Assembly: GCA_002633005.1 (NCBI GenBank)
Contig: NMRA01000031.1
Coordinates: forward strand, 1,194,801 to 1,233,314
Origin: Phoronis australis
Lineage: Eukaryota; Animalia; Phoronida
Length of the DNA: 38,514 nt
Reading direction: 5' to 3'
Part shown: in pieces, positions 36,050-38,514 of the stretch
Layout: each line of letters begins with the position of its first letter
How positions within the stretch are numbered: position 1 is the first letter of the stretch
Made by a program: the position numbers and the translations under genes
Notes under the pieces: model-generated
Database searches by the model: none
Told to the model about the DNA's origin: nothing
Seen by the model: the letters and a program-made list of their open reading frames with translations, nothing else

Positions 36050-37366
36050 TTAATAACAAGTAGGCCGACATGTAATAGTTCCTGCCAAACACCAGTCTCT
36101 GTCTACTGCAGGTATGCCTAGTCGGCTGCAGAGGTTAGAATATCTATGCATGTCCTTCGTAGTCAAGTTAACGACATATTGACTGAGCACTTTTCTGCTT
36201 AGGTAACTGTTCTTTTGCGAGTCCTCACTCAGTGCCGTCGGGCCCTTCTCGCAGAAGGAATGCGGCAGACGACAGTGCCTCGCTATAGCTTTACAGGCCC
36301 AGTCGGTATTCTCCACTAAGTCTTCGTATCTTATCCCAGCAATGCCCAGTGCTGATTGCCAGTGCTCATATTCCTCGCAAAGACGATGTATTTTTAGCAG
36401 TAGTAATTCATCGAGTGGCAAAATGTGTTTTTTATCGTCTTTTCTCATCCAGAGATACAGTTGACTTCTTTGCGTCAAATGATCGCAAAGACGTTTGCCA
36501 AGGTTTGGGCACAGTGCTTCTACAATTTTCGACGTTTTAAGTCGAGAAATTAGCTCATTGCAATGCATATACATTTTCATTAGGGACGTGAGAGCCTTAG
36601 CAACGTTGCCACGATACAAAAACATAATTCTTATATCGGGAACCGCAGCTTGAATGTGTTCGTACAAGAGTGTCGATGCGGAAAACTTTATAAAATAAAG
36701 AGTCGCTTTTACTTTACGTGGTTTGCAGATTATTCTAATTGCGCTTCTCACAAGTTGTTTTGCATCGGAATTTGGAAGGACTTCATCCGAAATCATTTCC
36801 TTGATGTTGAAAAAAGCATGCGGCTCGCTGATCGCTACAGCCCCAGGAATTTTTTCCATCATTTGTGTTACAAGAGTTGAACCACATCGCCCTAAACTGT
36901 CCAAAGCGACAACGGGAGATTCCGGGTCACCAATTGCTTCCGCTAGACAACTGAAATGTTCTAATGGAATAATGATCATTTGGTTTGCGGAAGCGAATTG
37001 TGCCAACACAACGAAAGGATTAACCCGGGAACTGAACACGTCAATTCCACGACGAGTGCGCACGAAAATTGCTTCCCTTTCAGCCGTTACTGTATACAAA
37101 GACACATTTTCTGCCAAGACACAGTTCGGATGCTCAAAATGGCTGTGAGAGGCAACAAAGTGCCGTTTGCTGGGTGCATAGATTGCTTTGTTCATGCACC
37201 GAAGATGAACGTTGAGCACTTGGGCCGATGTTTCGTATTTCTGCCTTTTTTCTTCAATATCCTTCTGCAGTCCGGATAACCTCAAATAGAGATGCTGCAG
37301 TGCGGTGAACACCTCACGAACGACAAGAAAACACAGCCAAATCCAGACTGGTGACATGACAGACAT
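36050..37366 (-). CDS. Intronless P-loop sulfotransferase-like protein, 438 aa, with N-terminal hydrophobic anchor
   Basis: Long uninterrupted ORF with A at -3; 5'-PSB-like SLGRCGSTL, AISEP, 3'-PB-like FLYRGNVAKALTS, IRYEDLV; N-terminal VWIWLCFLVV. Confidence 0.85.
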   Translation of the reverse strand: MSVMSPVWIWLCFLVVREVFTALQHLYLRLSGLQKDIEEKRQKYETSAQVLNVHLRCMNKAIYAPSKRHFVASHSHFEHPNCVLAENVSLYTVTAEREAIFVRTRRGIDVFSSRVNPFVVLAQFASANQMIIIPLEHFSCLAEAIGDPESPVVALDSLGRCGSTLVTQMMEKIPGAVAISEPHAFFNIKEMISDEVLPNSDAKQLVRSAIRIICKPRKVKATLYFIKFSASTLLYEHIQAAVPDIRIMFLYRGNVAKALTSLMKMYMHCNELISRLKTSKIVEALCPNLGKRLCDHLTQRSQLYLWMRKDDKKHILPLDELLLLKIHRLCEEYEHWQSALGIAGIRYEDLVENTDWACKAIARHCRLPHSFCEKGPTALSEDSQKNSYLSRKVLSQYVVNLTTKDMHRYSNLCSRLGIPAVDRDWCLAGTITCRPTCY

Positions 37367-38514
37367 TCTTGTAAATATTGGTGTGAAGTATCAGATCACG
37401 TATCAGTTGCGCATTGACCTATGTAGTCAATTGATATTGTATCTGTGGAAATTGATATCTTACTGATGCAGGCAGCGAAATACGCGGGTGAACTATCTCG
37501 GCAAAACAGTAATTTAAGCGATTTACATATAATTCTATGCGGGCGAGGATAGTAGTCAATGTCCAAAAATTACGTTCGGGCAGCGTAACTAATCGTGGCA
37601 GATGGCCAACTGAGGCCAATTACTTCAGCCAATAATGACTCCAGCCATCAGGGGAGTCCTATAGAAACAAAAAAATGTGTCACATATGTGTCGTGCTCAG
37701 TTGCAGCTGTCACTGATTGCAATCCAACTGACAATGCTATGAATTAAACTCACTCTCCTGGATGGCTAGGCTTTCAAAAACGTTAAAAAGTTGTATAAGT
37801 ATGACGATATTTTACTACAAATCGGCAATTGAAACTCATGCTTGGGACATGCACGAGACCAGCTGTCTCCTCCGGTTGTTTTAACAACGTTAAAACGTTC
37901 GCGTGACTGTACTGAGCCCGTGTAAGCCTAGTAGGCCCGAAACAACGCCCACGTCGCACTTTCGCATTCGTGTTTAACATGTAAGCGTAAAAGGCTCTCT
38001 AATGTTTTTTGAGCGGTAGTTCGCATCGAATTGTGTTTCTTAAGAAGTTTACATTTGTAACAGGAGTGCCCTGGACATGATTATGTAAGTAACATATATG
38101 CGCCCTCTAGTAGTCAAGCTGTGTATTACGTATGGAATTTTCCTATGATGTTGAGTCCTTTGGACATGGCCAAATATGGTCAGAGCCTAGGAGCTATGGG
38201 CCTCGCCCTTCAGATCGTGTCTGATTGGTTGAAATTGTGTACTTAAGCTTTGTCTCTGTCAGACACGAGGAGTCCAGTCGCAGAGTTCAAGAAGCAAACA
38301 TGTACACCTTCACTCACACCAAATTGCAACTGTTTGTGCAGCTTTCGGGCTCCTCCCGAACTTGGTTGCCAATAGTTTAGCCCCATGCAATTCTCGGGCT
38401 CCTCCCGAGCTTGATTGCATCTCACCTTTCGGATCTGAATAACCAAATTGCCCCGTTCTTGCACACACAACTATTAATCAGCGACTGGCTTGCCCGTGTA
38501 TCAGAACTGTATAA

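Noticed and set aside
36349-37279. Plus-strand ORFs of 63-141 aa
   Set aside because: Antisense shadows of the 438-aa CDS
38170-38230. CArG box CCAAATATGG and CCAAT box as promoter of the sulfotransferase-like gene
   Set aside because: The transcription start is unknown and the region looks repeat-derived; insufficient support

Overview
This is eukaryotic, AT-rich, intron-rich invertebrate genomic DNA from a draft scaffold, not a prokaryotic locus, and most listed ORFs are spurious. Bases 420-18519 (+) hold the last 12 coding exons (about 532 aa) of an LRP1/LRP1B-like LDL-receptor-family gene. That region encodes about 11 EGF-like modules, a transmembrane helix and a tail with two NPxY motifs, followed by a probable 3' UTR of about 3.2 kb. 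Three exons (6-8) and their introns appear twice on either side of an N-gap. The copies are not frame-compatible in tandem and are most likely two divergent haplotypes, one carrying a polymorphic hAT-like MITE. Downstream is transposon-rich DNA: Kolobok-, hAT-, Tc1/mariner- and Helentron-like non-autonomous elements, and a decayed L1/Tx1 LINE interrupted by a 4.95-kb decayed Academ (XPG-type) DNA transposon with intact TIRs and a TAA target-site duplication. The window ends with an intronless 438-aa membrane-anchored sulfotransferase-like gene on the minus strand. I found no convincing new biological system. The best leads are the intronless sulfotransferase, the nested Academ element, the expanded and atypical EGF stalk, and a candidate alternative last exon.
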